Assembly: GCA_038087875.1 (NCBI GenBank)
Contig: CM075982.1
Span: 15,872,001-15,936,000, forward strand
Reading direction: 5' to 3'
DNA: 64,000 nt
Origin: Malacoraja senta
Lineage: Eukaryota
Part shown: in pieces, positions 63,644 to 64,000 of the stretch
Numbering within the stretch: position 1 is the stretch's first letter
How the letters are laid out: every line of letters starts with the position of its first letter
Translations under genes and position numbers: made by a program
Notes under the pieces: model-generated
What the model was told of the DNA's origin: nothing
Databases searched by the model: none
Seen by the model: the letters and a program-made list of their open reading frames with translations, nothing else

Positions 63644-64000
63644 CTACATAGGTGTGTGTTAAAATTGCAGAAGCCTCCAGGAAGAACTGAGCACTCGCAT
63701 GTCAGCAGCAGCAGCAGAGACTGACTTCCCTGCATTTGTGCTCCCAAGTGCTCGCAACATCACATGTACAATAAAGTGTTTTCTGGAACGCAGGTTGCTG
63801 GGTGTTTCATATTTAGAACTCTTTGGAAAATTCAATCGTAATTGTGCTGAGAATTTCGGAAGGCATCAACCTGCAAGGTCTAACTCTAAAGGTTCAGGTA
63901 GAGACGCTATCACACTAATAATGTGCTCATGCTAGAAACATAGACCTTTGTGAGTTCAAGCTCATTGTCACTTCACAGCACCATTCACAGGTTTATTGAC

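Overview
Eukaryotic, repeat-dense, apparently intronic or intergenic DNA from a cartilaginous fish, probably a skate or ray (inferred from HE1-type tRNA SINEs and elasmobranch CR1 tails). No intact host protein-coding exon is recognisable. The window holds: two near-complete CR1 LINEs (34.2-38.6 kb, 59.2-62.4 kb) and many CR1 fragments; a full-length decayed Gypsy LTR element (28702-33047); a full-length decayed DIRS1-type tyrosine-recombinase retrotransposon (54030-58770) whose circle junction and integration core can be read directly; a Tc1 transposon (52203-53705); three non-autonomous TIR elements; Rex1/Babar, Tx1 and RTE fragments; about 12 HE1 SINEs; and many Penelope-derived repeats carrying a minimal hammerhead-ribozyme core. 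The least explained signals are (1) a GC-rich non-coding retroposon family with a covarying hairpin, a conserved GACTTACCATC motif and interchangeable Rex1-type tails, (2) a template-switch signature in the DIRS left terminus, and (3) a possible decayed env-like glycoprotein gene at 0.1-3.4 kb. All family assignments come from motif recognition by eye; no database search was run.
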